DNA of 64,000 nucleotides, from contig OZ024747.1 of assembly GCA_964016885.1 (NCBI GenBank), positions 62,186,001 through 62,250,000 of the forward strand, written 5' to 3'. This document shows, piece by piece, positions 38,760 through 51,700 of the stretch (its first letter is position 1; every line of letters starts with the position of its first letter). A program made the position numbers and the translations under genes. Below the pieces are notes generated by a model that searched no databases, had not been told where the DNA came from, and was given only the letters and a program-made list of their open reading frames with translations. The DNA is from Eledone cirrhosa (taxonomy: Eukaryota).

Positions 38760-39248
38760 TGTTGTTGTTGTTGGTGGTGGTGATGGTGTTGTTGGTGGTG
38801 GTGATGGTGTTGTTGGTAGTGTTGGTGGTGGTGGTGGTGGAATTAGTGTTGTTGGTGGTGGTGGAGTTAGTGGTGTTGGTGGTGGTGATGATGATGGTGT
38901 TATTGGTAGTGTTGGTGGAGTTGGTGGTGGTGGAGTTAGTGTTGTTGGTGTTGGTGGTGGTGGTGGTGGTGGTGATGATGGTGTTGTTGGTGGTGGTGGT
39001 GTTGGTGGAGTTGTTGTTATTGGTGGTGTTGTTGTTGGCAGTGTTGGTGGTGGTGTTGTTGTTGGTGGTGGTGGTGTTGGTGGTGGTGATAGTGTTGTTG
39101 ATGTTGGTGTTATTGATGGGGATGATGTTGTTGGTAGTAGTGATGTTGTTGGTGGTGGTGGTGGTGGCAGTGTTGTTGTTGGTGGTGGTGGTGGCAGTGT
39201 TGTTGTTGGAGGTGGTATTGTTGTTGTTGTTGTTACTGCTGCTGCTGC
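38760..39248. repeat. (GGT/GTT)n trinucleotide tract
   Basis: Mixed GGT/GTT/GAT triplets. Similar tracts at 7330-7410, 21368-21700, 53490-53780 and 62740-63075. Confidence 0.9.
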
Positions 39249-39368
39249 CAAGTTACTTCAGTGCCAGACAAGGAAATATATTCGACTAAACACCTCATAT
39301 ATCCCATCCTTAGATGAAAAACATTTCCACAACCGCATGTTTTCAGTTCAACTTCTACCTGCTTGTCA

Positions 39369-39461
<93 letters not shown>

Positions 39462-39573
39462 TTTGTGTCTCTCTTTCTCTCTATGTACATATATGTATAT
39501 ATGTGAGTGTGTGTTAATGTGTCTCTCTCTATTTCTGTGCATGTATGTGTCTATGTGACTCCGTCTTTCTCTC

Positions 39574-39619
<46 letters not shown>

Positions 39620-39660
39620 TTTGTGTGTATGTGTCTCCCTCTTTCTCTCTATCTCTATTT

Positions 39661-41379
39661 ACTGGCATAGCAGCAACATCATCGTCAACTGCTACAAGAA
39701 CAAGGGAGATGTACTAGACAGAGCAAACTATAGAGGCATCATGCTGATAGACCAGGTTATGAAAGTACTTAAAGATTTATAATTAACATAGCCAAGACGC
39801 AGTTTAGCTTTATGTCTAGTAAATGTACCACAGATGCCCAATATGAGGCAGCTACAGGAGAAGTACCTAGCTAAGAGTAAATCCCTCTATCTGGCATTTG
39901 TTGATAACAAAAAAGCCTTTGACAGGGTTTCCTACTCCAGAATCTAGTGGACTCTCAGGAAATTAGGGCTAGAGGAATGGCATATAAGGAACGGTGGTAC
40001 AAACCATGTACAGAAGTGCAGTCAATAAGTTTAGAGTTAATGAATATAATGACAAATTTAATGTGCAGATGGGAGTCTTTCAGCCCCCTCCTGTTTATTA
40101 TTGTTCTCTAGGCTGTAATAGAGGAATTTAAAACTGGTTGCCCATAGGAACTCCTGTATACCAATGATTTAGTCCCCATAACCGAGTCTGCAGCAGAACT
40201 ACAGAAACAATTCCAGACATGGAAGCAAAACCTGGAATCAAAAATCCTATTAGTCAACTTGGAAAAGACTAAAGTCCTAGTAATTAAAAAAGAAAATAAT
40301 GCCCAGATCCCCCCCCCCCCCCAAAATAGCCATGCTCGTTATGCAGGAAATAAGTCGGCAGATGTTCCATCTTATGACATAGCAGTATCTCAGGCAGAAT
40401 GGCAAAGAATGTAGGCTTTGTATGCAACAGATGCACAGGAGCAATGAGCAACAAGAGCTCACATGGCTCTGAGATAGTTGACAGGTTCTGCGAACTGGGG
40501 AACCAAATTTGCTGTGTAGAAGATTTTTCTGAAAATACAGTAACCAGAGTAAGGACCAGCTGGAAAATGTTTCGGGATCTACTATCACTGCTGGCTACAA
40601 AGGCTTTCTTCAGAGTGAAAAGCAGATTGTATGATGTGTGTGTATGAATGGCAATACTGCATCAAAGTGAGACTTGGGCATTGTGTGCAGAGAGCTTATG
40701 AAGATTATAAAGAAATGAGGTGAGCATGCTCCAGTGGATGTGTAACAGGAGTAAACATGAACAATGAAGTGTCAATGAGCTGAGAGAAAAACTGTGAATA
40801 ATAGGGATCAGATGTAGTGTCCATTAGTATGGACATATGCTGTATGTGGAGGATGAAAACTGCATAAAGAAATGCAGAGCACTCAAATTCCATGGAACCT
40901 ATGGAAGTGGAAAACCTAGGAAAATTTGGGATAATGTTGTGAAGGCAGACCTCACACAGCTGAACTTCACAAAGGAGATGACCCATAGCAATCAACATGC
41001 AGCTTGATGCTGCTTTTTTTTTGTTATTGGCATGATAAAACACATTCAGTTCACTCTGTAAGAAGGTTGTGCTGGTGTCATGGCTAAAAGAGTCTAATCC
41101 ATTCTGATAGGTGGTAATGCTGGTGCCACATAAAAAGCAATTTGTCCACCTTGTAAGGTGATTGTACTAGTGTCAAAGCAAAAAGCACTCAGTCCATCTT
41201 GTAAAGTGGTACTGCTGGTGTTAAGAAGGTCATCCAGGCATAGAAACCCCAACCAAAATAATGGAGTATACAAACGAGATGTGGTCACTGATCTGTCTGG
41301 CCTCACAATGTGACAATCTGTCAAACTTATGCAAGAGTGGGAAATATGGATTAAACAGCGATGATGATGATGATGATAA

Positions 41380-41385
<6 letters not shown>
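39661..41385 (+). mobile_element. Decayed RTE-clade LINE (RT region to 3' tail)
   Basis: CYKNKGDVLDRANYRGIML, AFVDNKKAFDRV, ELLYTNDL (degenerate YADD); multiple stops; (GAT)n tail. Confidence 0.85.
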
Positions 41386-41429
<44 letters not shown>

Positions 41430-43784
41430 TATATATATAATAAATCCTCTTGTACAGTGAACTGTGAATCTGTGTAAATCTTTATCTAATTGTAATTACT
41501 CCATGGATTACTGATTACAGAACCTAAGGATCTCCCTACGAACGACCTCCTGCAGTAACCCTCTTGTTAAGTCAAAAACCACTCTATGTTGAGAGTCCTC
41601 GATCTGTATTACACTAACTCTTAAACTGAAGTAACAGAAAACGATTACTAGTATACCTCTCTCTCTCTCTATATATATATTTCATTATTTATCCTCGGAA
41701 TCCCGCTGAGGTCAACTTTGCCTTTCATCCTTACGGGATCGATAAAATAAAGTACCAGTAATGTACTGGGTAATTGCTGGCCTTGTGCCAAAAGTAGAAA
41801 CAATTATTTATATCTGTATATTTGTGTGTGTTTGAGTATATATATGTGTGTGTTTGAGTATACATATGTGTGTGTGTGTGTTTATATATATCCTATTAAT
41901 TTACTATACATCAAAGAATATAGCTGTGTTTCAACTTTATAATTTAAAATGGTGACCTAATTAAATTTTGCTGTTCATAATAATGTTATCACTTGTAATG
42001 AAATTATCATGGGTAAATCTGTGGATATGAAATGCATACCCCTAAAAATAGCTATAACGTCATAACCAGAAATAGCTATCATGAAACCCCAGAATATTTA
42101 AACCATATCAAGATTGTTTCATGGCTATCACCTCACACTGTGGCTCACTGAGAACAGTTGCCAACCCTTGCTTGGCTGTAGCAGTGAATAGTCATTAAAG
42201 AATTGCTACAGCCAGTTGCACAAGGCAACATCTTATCTCAACTAACATCTCCACTTTCACATCCAAATTCCTCATATCACAACAAAATGCCTTTATCTGA
42301 AAACACTATATCTAGCAACCTGTTAAGGAGACACATTCTGTTACATCACATCTTGTATATATTCTAGTTGTGTTATATTTTACACATGATGTTGGCACCC
42401 AATACAAAATGAATAAAAACATAAAAATTAGCAGTTTGGTTTTTTCCTTGTTGGTTTGTTTCAATTTATTTCTGGTCCTGGTCATTCTGCAACAACACAC
42501 GGAAAAGTATCGAACAACAAATTACCAACAAATTTCAACAACTCCAACAAACACAGCAACCAACAAACATGGCAACCCAGCACTGGATGACATCACTATG
42601 TGGAGGGACAGGCCAGTTGGCTGCACCGAACCCTTCATACGGCGGACCCTCAGTTCTGGTGTTGAATGCTACGAGAACTGGGCATTTGCATCGTGACCTT
42701 GTTTATTATGATTATGTTTTATTTCATTTGTATTCCCATTTCAGGGCCAACTTCCTTTCAAAGTATTTTCTCATTATGCGCCATTTTGGCTGTATTAAAT
42801 TACAGACAAGCACATGATCACAGAGTTTTAGTAGTATATAGATGGATAGATAAATTATTAAAATTACTTTTTTAAGGATTATTTTACTCTGTAATGATCA
42901 AACATTTATTACCACTCCCTCCCACCTCTCATATATATATATAATATATATCTGTCATTACTACAACAGAAGGTCCAACGAGCTTTTGATTCCAGAATTT
43001 GGCCAGATCGATACAGATCGAACCTTGAGCTGATCAATAGTTAAACGTGTGTCACCAATCAATAAATGCAATGAAGGCTTAACAAATCGTCCTGTATTAT
43101 TATTAGTGGATTGGCAGTATCGGTAGAGGGTCAGGCGCCATGCTTTTAAGCATGAAGTTACCTCCCTTTATGATCTGAGTTCAAATGCCGCTGAGGTTAA
43201 CTTTGCCTTACGGGGTCGATAAAATAAAGTACCGGTAATGCACTGGGATAATTGCTGGCCTTGTGCCAAAAGTAGAAACAATTATTATTATATCTATATA
43301 TTTATTTATTTTATATATATATAAACAGAAATTTATGATGGAGAATCAAAAGGTACTTATCAACATTTTCCTTACAAGTTGTTTCATCCGAATAAGGCAA
43401 CGCCATGTGTGCTTACAGAATGGAATTAAATTTGATCTGTATAGACCCATAGATATGCCCTAATTTGGAATCCTCAGAAGAAAGATTAAGTGTTTACAAT
43501 GATGTCATAAAACAAGAACATTACGAAGGTTTTATTTTATCAATATGTACTCTACTGTAAGACTGACATCTGGATTATAGATTTCCTGTTCCAGCTGGGA
43601 TAGGAAAAGGGTTTAGTGTTAATAAGGTTAGGGGTGTTAATGAGGTTGGGGTCTGACCAAGCTATGTAGTAGTTCACAGATAACACACAGAATTACTCAG
43701 CACTGGAGGGATAAAGAGAGGGTTCACATACACAGTCATACACACACACATGCACTCATATATACACACACATACACACACTCA

Positions 43785-43829
<45 letters not shown>

Positions 43830-44643
43830 TCATACATACACACACATTTGCAATCAGAGATCCCTTATTTATAACTAAGGTAATTCAACCCTGTTTGAAT
43901 AAAGAGATGACTCTCACACACACAGAGTTGGTGGATGAAGGAGGGGTGGGAGATGACTGGTTTATATCTAGGGGCCCAATATATTTAAAGAGATCCAGGT
44001 TCGGAGGGGGTGGGTGGGTCTTCAATAGACAATAAATAAGGCTCCTTATGATACGAAATATTCAGTCAAAGGCTCCATGCAAGCTTAATCCACCCCTCAC
44101 ACACACATGTGGTGTAATAGAGAGTGTAACTTCACCCCGTCCACAATATTTAAAGGGCTCCAAATTATTTTTACTATCATAAATAATATGTAAGGGCCCC
44201 TACGAAATTTTCAGCCAAGGGCTCCGTGCATGCTTAATCTGCTCTTCACATTCACACACACACAGGTCCTATAACCAAAATGCCCTTTTTACATGACTGG
44301 GGTGGAGTGTGGAGCAATATGGGGGAGGGGGAAAGGGTTAATTTGGTATTCCAGGAATTAAAAGGGGTGGAAGTTGGGTAGAAAATGAGGAAAGAGTTTG
44401 AGCAGGAAGAGGAAGGTGTGTGTGTGTGTGTGTGTGTGTGGACACGTGTGCAGGTGTGTATGTATGTGTGTAGGTCTATGTATGCATGTGTTTGTACATG
44501 TGTGCAGGTGTGTGAATGTGTACATGTATGCAGGTGTACGTACGTGTGTGTGTGTGTGTACATGTGTGCAGGTGTATGTACTTGTGTGTGTACATGTGTG
44601 CAGGTGTATGTACTTGTGTGTGTAGATGTGTGTAGGTGTATGT

Positions 44644-44685
<42 letters not shown>

Positions 44686-45300
44686 ATGTTTGTCCATGCC
44701 TTTGTTTATGTTAACTGTTTATATTCTGAAACTAAACAATTCAAAATTGATTAAATTAATCCTAGACTTCAATATCATCCTCATCATCATCTTCATTTAA
44801 CGTCCATCTTCCATGCTAGCATGGGTTAGAATATATATATATATATATATACTGGGGTCAATATGAGCCCCTTAAAGACTTCAAGATGGTGCTCCAGCAT
44901 GGCAGTAGTCCAATGACTGAAATCAGTAAAATAAAATATACATACTCATATTAACCCCTAAACTTACAAGTACAAGTTCCTTACTGCTCCCTTGACTTCT
45001 TCACTTTACCTTATTGGCAGTATTTCCCTTCACCAATTCCTCACCATTCATTTCCTCTGCCATCTTCCCCAGCCATGTCTTTCTTGATCTTCTCCTTTCT
45101 CTACTTTCTTCCACATTCATTTCCAGCTTCCTTCTCATCTTATCCCTTACACCCTCCCTTAGATGCATGTGTCTGTGTGTATATCACAACTGTACACTTT
45201 CCTGACATTTGTACTTTATTCTATGTACTATATATGCACCTTTGATGAGTTGTAGTACACCTGAGCACTGTACACAATAATTTCATTATTATTATTATAA

Positions 45301-45505
45301 CCCTTTAGCATTTACATTACTCTATGTTTAGTATTGTATTTTAACAGTAAAGGTTTTAGCTCACATAGCATTGAATCTACGAGATTTTGATATTTATTTT
45401 GAGAACAATACCTTAACATCAGTTTGAGCAGCCAGTTGCAGTTGGTTTGAGCAGAAAGAGGTGAGAGAATTCTGGATAGATACAGCCGGTTAAAATGCTA
45501 AAGGG
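45301..45505. mobile_element. piggyBac-like MITE copy
   Basis: Same TIRs. Confidence 0.8.
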
Positions 45506-46669
45506 TTAATACACGACCCAACAATCTCCATTTGTTCATCACTGGCTACTGGCTCTACTTCTGACATCATCTGCAATTCATTGTTTGTTTTTCCATCTCT
45601 CCACCGGACCATTCTCATTTCTGTTTCAAAATATACAAAACCAGAAAACAGTACAGCTCCCACAACGTTTGGAAACATTTTTTCACACTCAGAGTTGCTG
45701 AAGCATGGAACAAACTACCTGCATCAGTTGTTAGATGTCGAGACACTGTATCCTTCAAAACTTCCATGTTTCCCCAAATTAACCAACACTACACCTGATA
45801 TTCCTCCTCCATACACTCGCACGCATATGTGTGTGTGTGTGACTGTATGTATATCATGACTCATAGACTGTTCACTTTCCTGACATTTGTACATACATAC
45901 ACCTTTGATGAATAGTAGTGCACCTGAGCACTGTACGCAGTAATTTTCATTTCATACACCAATAAAGAGCTGTTTATTGTTTAGTTGCTTCATTTGAAAT
46001 TTTAACACTATCATATTCGTAGTTCTTAAATAAAATATTTTGTATCCTGAGATGTTTATACACCCCTCATTAACAAGATTTCAAAGTCAAACAATATTTT
46101 TTATATTTATTTCAAAAGTGTGAATAAAATTCTTTGAAAATGGTAATAAATATTTCATTGGTTATTTTTTTATTTATTTAAAATTTTGTCTTTTTTTCTT
46201 TAACTGAAAAAAATATTTAGATTTAAGCAAATGGAAATGATGGGAATCAGTGAATTTTATATTAAAATATTCAGTTCTGGAGAAGTTGTTAAAAGATTCA
46301 GTCAAAATTTCTTTTTTATTTTATTTATTTATTTTTTTTCCCAAATGAAGACATTGCAGGATTTTGGGGAATGATTATGGCAACATTGTTAGGGCACCAG
46401 AAGAAATACTTTTCTAGTATTTATTCCAACTCTCTGCACTCTGAGACAAAATCCTATTATTGTTCATGTTGCCTTTCATTCTTTTAGGGTGGATAAATAA
46501 AGTATCAGTTGAAAGGTTAAAATTGTTAAAGCATCCAGCAGGATACTTTGAACTATCAGTTCCAGTTCTGTCTCTTCTCAATTCAAATCCTGCTTCTTTG
46601 TCACTGTGAAAGCAGTGATGCTTCTGTCTGTTGTGACAAGCAGATAGTATCAGTAATAGCAAAGACCAT

Positions 46670-47100
46670 TAGAAACATAGTTTCTTTGGTTTGATCTGGG
46701 AAAGATCAACAAAAAGATGGTTTCTTCGGTTTGATCTGAGAAGGATCAACATAAACATAATTTCTTTGATTTGATCTGGGAAAGATCAATAGAAACAGTT
46801 TCTTTGGTTTGATCTGGGAAAGATCAACAAAAACAGTTACTTTGGTTTGATCTGGGAAATATCAATAAAACCATGGTTTCTTTGGTTTGGTTTCAGAAAA
46901 ATAAATAGAAACATAATTACTTTGGTTTGATCTGGGAAAGATCAATAGAAACATAGTTTCTTTGGTTTGATCTGGGAAAGATCAATAGAAACATAGTTTC
47001 TTTGGTTTGATTTCAGAAAGATAAACAAAAAGATAGTTTCATTAGTTTGATTTCAGAAAGATCAATAGAAACAGTTTCTTTGGTTTGGTCTGGAAAATCA
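46670..47100. repeat. Tandem ~38-40-bp stem-loop repeat, ~11 copies
   Basis: TTTCTTTGGT-TTGATCT-GGGAA-AGATCAA-TAGAAACATAG consensus. Confidence 0.9.
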
Positions 47101-47153
47101 GCTTCTTTTTCATGTATTGATAGCAACTGGCAACGGGACATTGAGCCATGCTT

Positions 47154-47453
47154 TTATCCAAATGAAATATCCCGCTCATCTTTGGTGTCCGTTATGTAAC
47201 GAGAAAACATTTTAAAGACAAAACGACAGGATGATAACAATAAGATACTGATGACAATAACAAGAACCACAACCTTGATAATTAGTATCTCGTTCATTTT
47301 AATATGTCCTGCAATCAAAGAGTTATCCACAGAGGTGTTTGGCACACTCGGATGTGTTGATGGTTTGTTTAAATTCTGTATAACTGAGGATATATTTATA
47401 TTCCCCCAAACAGGAGAAGTTTCATTTAAGGGGGATAAGGAAGATACTGCCAT
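47154..47453 (-). CDS. Candidate small single-pass membrane protein (~99 aa; ORF extends to 47492)
   Basis: Non-repetitive ORF MAVSSLSPLNETS...ILIIKVVVLVIVISILLLSSCRFVFKMFSRYITDTKDERDISFG. It has three N-x-S/T sequons before one hydrophobic span and basic residues after it, with AAAATGG start context. Confidence 0.55.
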   Translation of the reverse strand: MAVSSLSPLNETSPVWGNINISSVIQNLNKPSTHPSVPNTSVDNSLIAGHIKMNEILIIKVVVLVIVISILLLSSCRFVFKMFSRYITDTKDERDISFG

Positions 47454-47902
47454 TTCTATGTTATCTCGAAGAATACGTTGAAGAATTGGCATTATTATTA
47501 TTATTATTATCCTTGTTGAATTGGCAGAAGTGTTAGTATGTCAGACAAATATGTAGTAGTATTTTATTCCGGATCTTTATGTTCTGAGTTCAAATTCCTC
47601 CAATGTCAACTTTATGTTTCAACCTTCCAGGATCCATAAAATAAATTACCAGTCTAGTACTGGGTAGATATAATCAACGTTTCCCTTCGCCCAAATTGTT
47701 GGTCTTTCTATTTGTTATTACTGTATGTATATATATACATATAAGTAAGAGATGAAGCTTATCAAATAGAAAGGACACAGCTTCGGTTGTTTCCTCACTC
47801 ACTCAATAATCTAATTAAGTCTGTATTATTAAAACTCAAACCCAACTGGTTAGAGTTCACACATACGTTAATCAGTGAGGAAGATGTCTTTGTGTGGGTT
47901 GG

Positions 47903-47939
<37 letters not shown>

Positions 47940-48689
47940 ATAGAGTTTATACTCATGTAATGTAAAAGTAAAATATGTGGTCAACTATTATATGGATGTT
48001 ACTTTCAAGGAGCTGGAGTTTACAATATAATTCAAAATATTGTATTAGTAAGTAGAAGTTCAAATTGAATCTAAATGCATAAAAAAATACCAAACAAACA
48101 ATGAATTATGGTAATAGTACTGATTTTTCTACACCACAAAACAAATTTACTGCTAACAAAATCCATAAACAAATTGCATAACTCTTAGAAATATTTCCAG
48201 TTGCTTTCAACATAACATACTGGCGTAGTAATATTCATTTCCTCATTGTAACATTTATATTCAGGATAATATAATACCTTGCTTAACAAATTCCGATCTA
48301 TCATCCACAGTGAACTAGGGTCAAAGTTTATATGAGATACATGAAAAAATCCAAATGTTTTGGCAGAAGAAAAAAAAAAAAATACCAACTCGACTTTTAC
48401 ATAAGATCGACTTTTACACAAGTAATTAAAAGTAATTATTGAGTGTCGTCTGCTTCATTCAATGTTTCAGTATTATTCAGGAGGTTAATATAGTATGAGA
48501 ATCTATATTTATCATCTGTTTGGAATGTTGTTAGTTTGTTGTTACATTGAAATGTGAGTCCTAGTGAGAAAGACAATCATCCCCTCTCATCAATATTATC
48601 TGGAAAAGATGAAACATGAAATATGTTAGATTCATTTGAATGATATAGTTTCCTTGTTTTATAAGCAAGCACATATAAATATTCTGTAG

Positions 48690-48824
48690 CAGAGGTCACC
48701 AGCCTGTGATCCGCAGAAAATTTTTAATGTATTTATCTTTTTAAAACAATTCATATTAGTGGTCCACGAGATTTAAATTTATGAATTTATTGGCCTGTGA
48801 GGTCCGAAAGGTTGGCAACTGCTG
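48690..48824. mobile_element. Short hAT-like MITE
   Basis: Imperfect TIRs CAGAGGTCACCAGCCT...AGGTTGGCAACTGCTG. Confidence 0.5.
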
Positions 48825-48884
48825 GCCTATAGTGTTGAAAAGAAGTAGTGCTGGTACCTTGATAAAATGCACCCAGCCCACTCT

Positions 48885-50360
48885 GGTGCTGGCGCCACGA
48901 TAAAAGCACCCAGATCACCTTGCAAGGTGGTAGTGCTGGTGTCACAATAAAAGCATCCAGATCACCTTGCAAGGTGGTAGTGCTGGTGTCACAATAAAAG
49001 CACCCAGATCACCTTGCAAGGTGGTAGTGCTGGTTCCACAATAAAAGCATCCAGATCACCTTGCAAGGTGGTAGTGCTGGTGCCACAATAAAAGCACCCA
49101 GATCACCTTGCAAGGTGGTGGTGCTGGTGCCACAATAAAAGCATCCAGATCACCTTGCAAGGTGGTAGTGCTGGTGCCACAATAAAAGCACCCAGATCAC
49201 CTTGCAAGGTGGTGGTGCTGGTGCCACAATAAAAGCATCCAGATCACCTTGCAAGGTGGTAGTGCTGGTGCCACAATAAAAGCACCCAGATCACCTTGCA
49301 AGGTGGTGGTGCTGGTGCCACAATAAAAGCATCCAGATCACCTTGCAAGGTGGTAGTGCTGGTGCCACAATAAAAGCACCCAGATCACCTTGCAAGGTGG
49401 TAGTGCTGGTGCCACAATAAAAGCACCCAGATCACCTTGCAAGGTGGTAGTGCTGGTGCCACAATAAAAGCACCCAGATCACCTTGCAAGGTGGTGGTGC
49501 TGGTGCCACAATAAAAGCATCCAGATCACCTTGCAAGGTGGTAGTGCTGGTGCCACAATAAAAGCACCCAGATCACCTTGCAAGGTGGTAGTGCTGGTGC
49601 CACAATAAAAGCACCCAGATCACCTTGCAAGGTGGTAGTGCTGGTGTCACAATAAAAGCACCCAGATCACCTTGCAAGGTGGTAGTGCTGGTGCCACAAT
49701 AAAAGCACCCAGATCACCTTGCAAGGTGGTGGTGCTGGTGCCACAATAAAAGCATCCAGATCACCTTGCAAGGTGGTAGTGCTGGTGCCACAATAAAAGC
49801 ATCCAGATCACCTTGCAAGGTGGTGGTGCTGGTGCCACAATAAAAGCACCCAGATCACCTTGCAAGGTGGTAGTGCTGGTGCCACAATAAAAGCACCCAG
49901 ATCACCTTGCAAGGTGGTGGTGCTGGTGCCACAATAAAAGCATCCAGATCACCTTGCAAGGTGGTAGTGCTGGTGTCACAATAAAAGCATCCAGATCACC
50001 TTGCAAGGTGGTAGTGCTGGTGCCACAATAAAAGCACCCAGTTCACCTTGTAAGGTGGTAGTGCTGGTGTCACAATAAAAGCACCCAGATCACCTTGCAA
50101 GGTGGTAGTGCTGGTGCCACAATAAAAGCATCCAGATCACCTTGCAAGGTGGTGGTGCTGGTGCCACAATAAAAGCATCCAGATCACCTTGCAAGGTGGT
50201 AGTGCTGGTGCCACAATAAAAGCATCCAGATCACCTTGCAAGGTGGTAGTGCTGGTGCCACAATAAAAGCATCCAGATCACCTTGCAAGGTGGTAGTGCT
50301 GGTGCCACAATAAAAGCACCCAGTTCACCTTGTAAGGTGGTAGTGCTGGTGCCACAATAA
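48885..50360. repeat. 47-bp minisatellite, ~31 copies
   Basis: CCAGATCACCTTGCAAGGTGGT(A/G)GTGCTGGTG(C/T)CACAATAAAAGCA(C/T); very homogeneous. Confidence 0.97.
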
Positions 50361-51239
50361 ACAACAAAAAACAACAACACCTACTCCACCCTGTAAGGTG
50401 GCTTTAATGTCTGTGTTAGCAATTAGTTTTCTCATTTTTATATGTATTTTGTGTGGGTTGGTATCAAAATAGTTAATGCAGTTCTCAGGAATATTCAGTG
50501 TGGGACAAAACTGCTACATTGAATTACAAGTTCAACTCCTTTTTAGCCAGCTGAGTTGACTGGAGTAATGTGAAATAAAGTATCTTGCTGAAAGGCACAC
50601 CGCAACATACAACCACAAAACAAACTAATAACCTTTTGATTGCGAGCCAAACATCTTAACCACTAAGCCTAAGCAGTGTTGGATTTAGGACAAATGAAGC
50701 CCTGTGCTAGTTAAGTTATAAGGCCCCTTACTTGGGCCCTGAAGGAGGTAAAAACATTTTTTGGCAGGAAGATGAGGCCCTGCTGGCCAACAGGCCCCTG
50801 TGCTTAAGCACATCTAAGCACAATGGTAAATCCAGCGCTGCCACAAAGCCATACACTTTCACAGAAAGAAAATATATTTTATTAAAAAAAATATAATAAA
50901 ATAAAGAAACTAAAACAGAACTGAAAAAAATAAAATAAATAAAAATAAATAAACAAATAAAATTAGAAATAAAAAAAATTAAATAAAAAATAAAAAAATG
51001 AGCGAGATTTTTAAATTGGGTAAACATAAGTTTGATGTACATAGAGCTAGCAAGAGTATAAATATGGTGCTTAGTTGATCTTTCAACATCTAATGGAATT
51101 AATTACTGATTTAATTACTAATAGTGAGCAAACACAGATACATATCAAAGTAAACAGTGTGAGGAATGTCTTTCAGGATTTTGTTTAGCACTAGAGGAGA
51201 AAAACATATAGAATATATTGTGCAGAATATATATATCAT

Positions 51240-51578
51240 CATCATCATCATCATTTCATTTTACGTCCACTTTTCCCTGCTTGCAAGGGTGGGACGGGAA
51301 CTGATTCTGGCTTGATTTCTACAGCTGGATGCCCTTCCTAACACCAACCTCATTTACAGTGAGTGCTGGGTGCTTTTTTGCCGTGGCACCTCCACGACCA
51401 CTTTGCAGTGGAATGATAGGGACCCCAGTCCCTATCATCTCATTTCTACAGCTGAGTAAACTGGAGCAATGTGAATAAAGTGTCTTGCTCAAGGAAACAA
51501 CACATCACCTGGTCCGAGAATTGAACTCACAACCTTTCGATTGCAAGGCCAATGCTCTAACCACTAAGCCATGCACCT
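51240..51578 (-). mobile_element. CORE-like SINE, inverted near-identical copy of 57131-57460
   Basis: Reverse complement matches along its length. A second 5'-truncated copy lies at ~52145-52430. Confidence 0.8.

Positions 51579-51700
<122 letters not shown>

Noticed and set aside
38640-39558. Pro/Thr-rich or Gly/Val-rich protein ORFs
   Set aside because: The open frames come from a GGT/GTT triplet tract that is open in several frames on both strands.
42370-42696. 108-aa ORF with a hydrophobic N-terminus
   Set aside because: A diverged copy at ~24840-25030 lacks the frame, indicating a dispersed repeat.
46670-47100. CRISPR-like palindromic repeats
   Set aside because: The sequence between hairpins is itself repeated and too short to be spacers.
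48885-50360. CRISPR array
   Set aside because: The units are contiguous with no unique spacers, there are no cas genes, and the context is eukaryotic.
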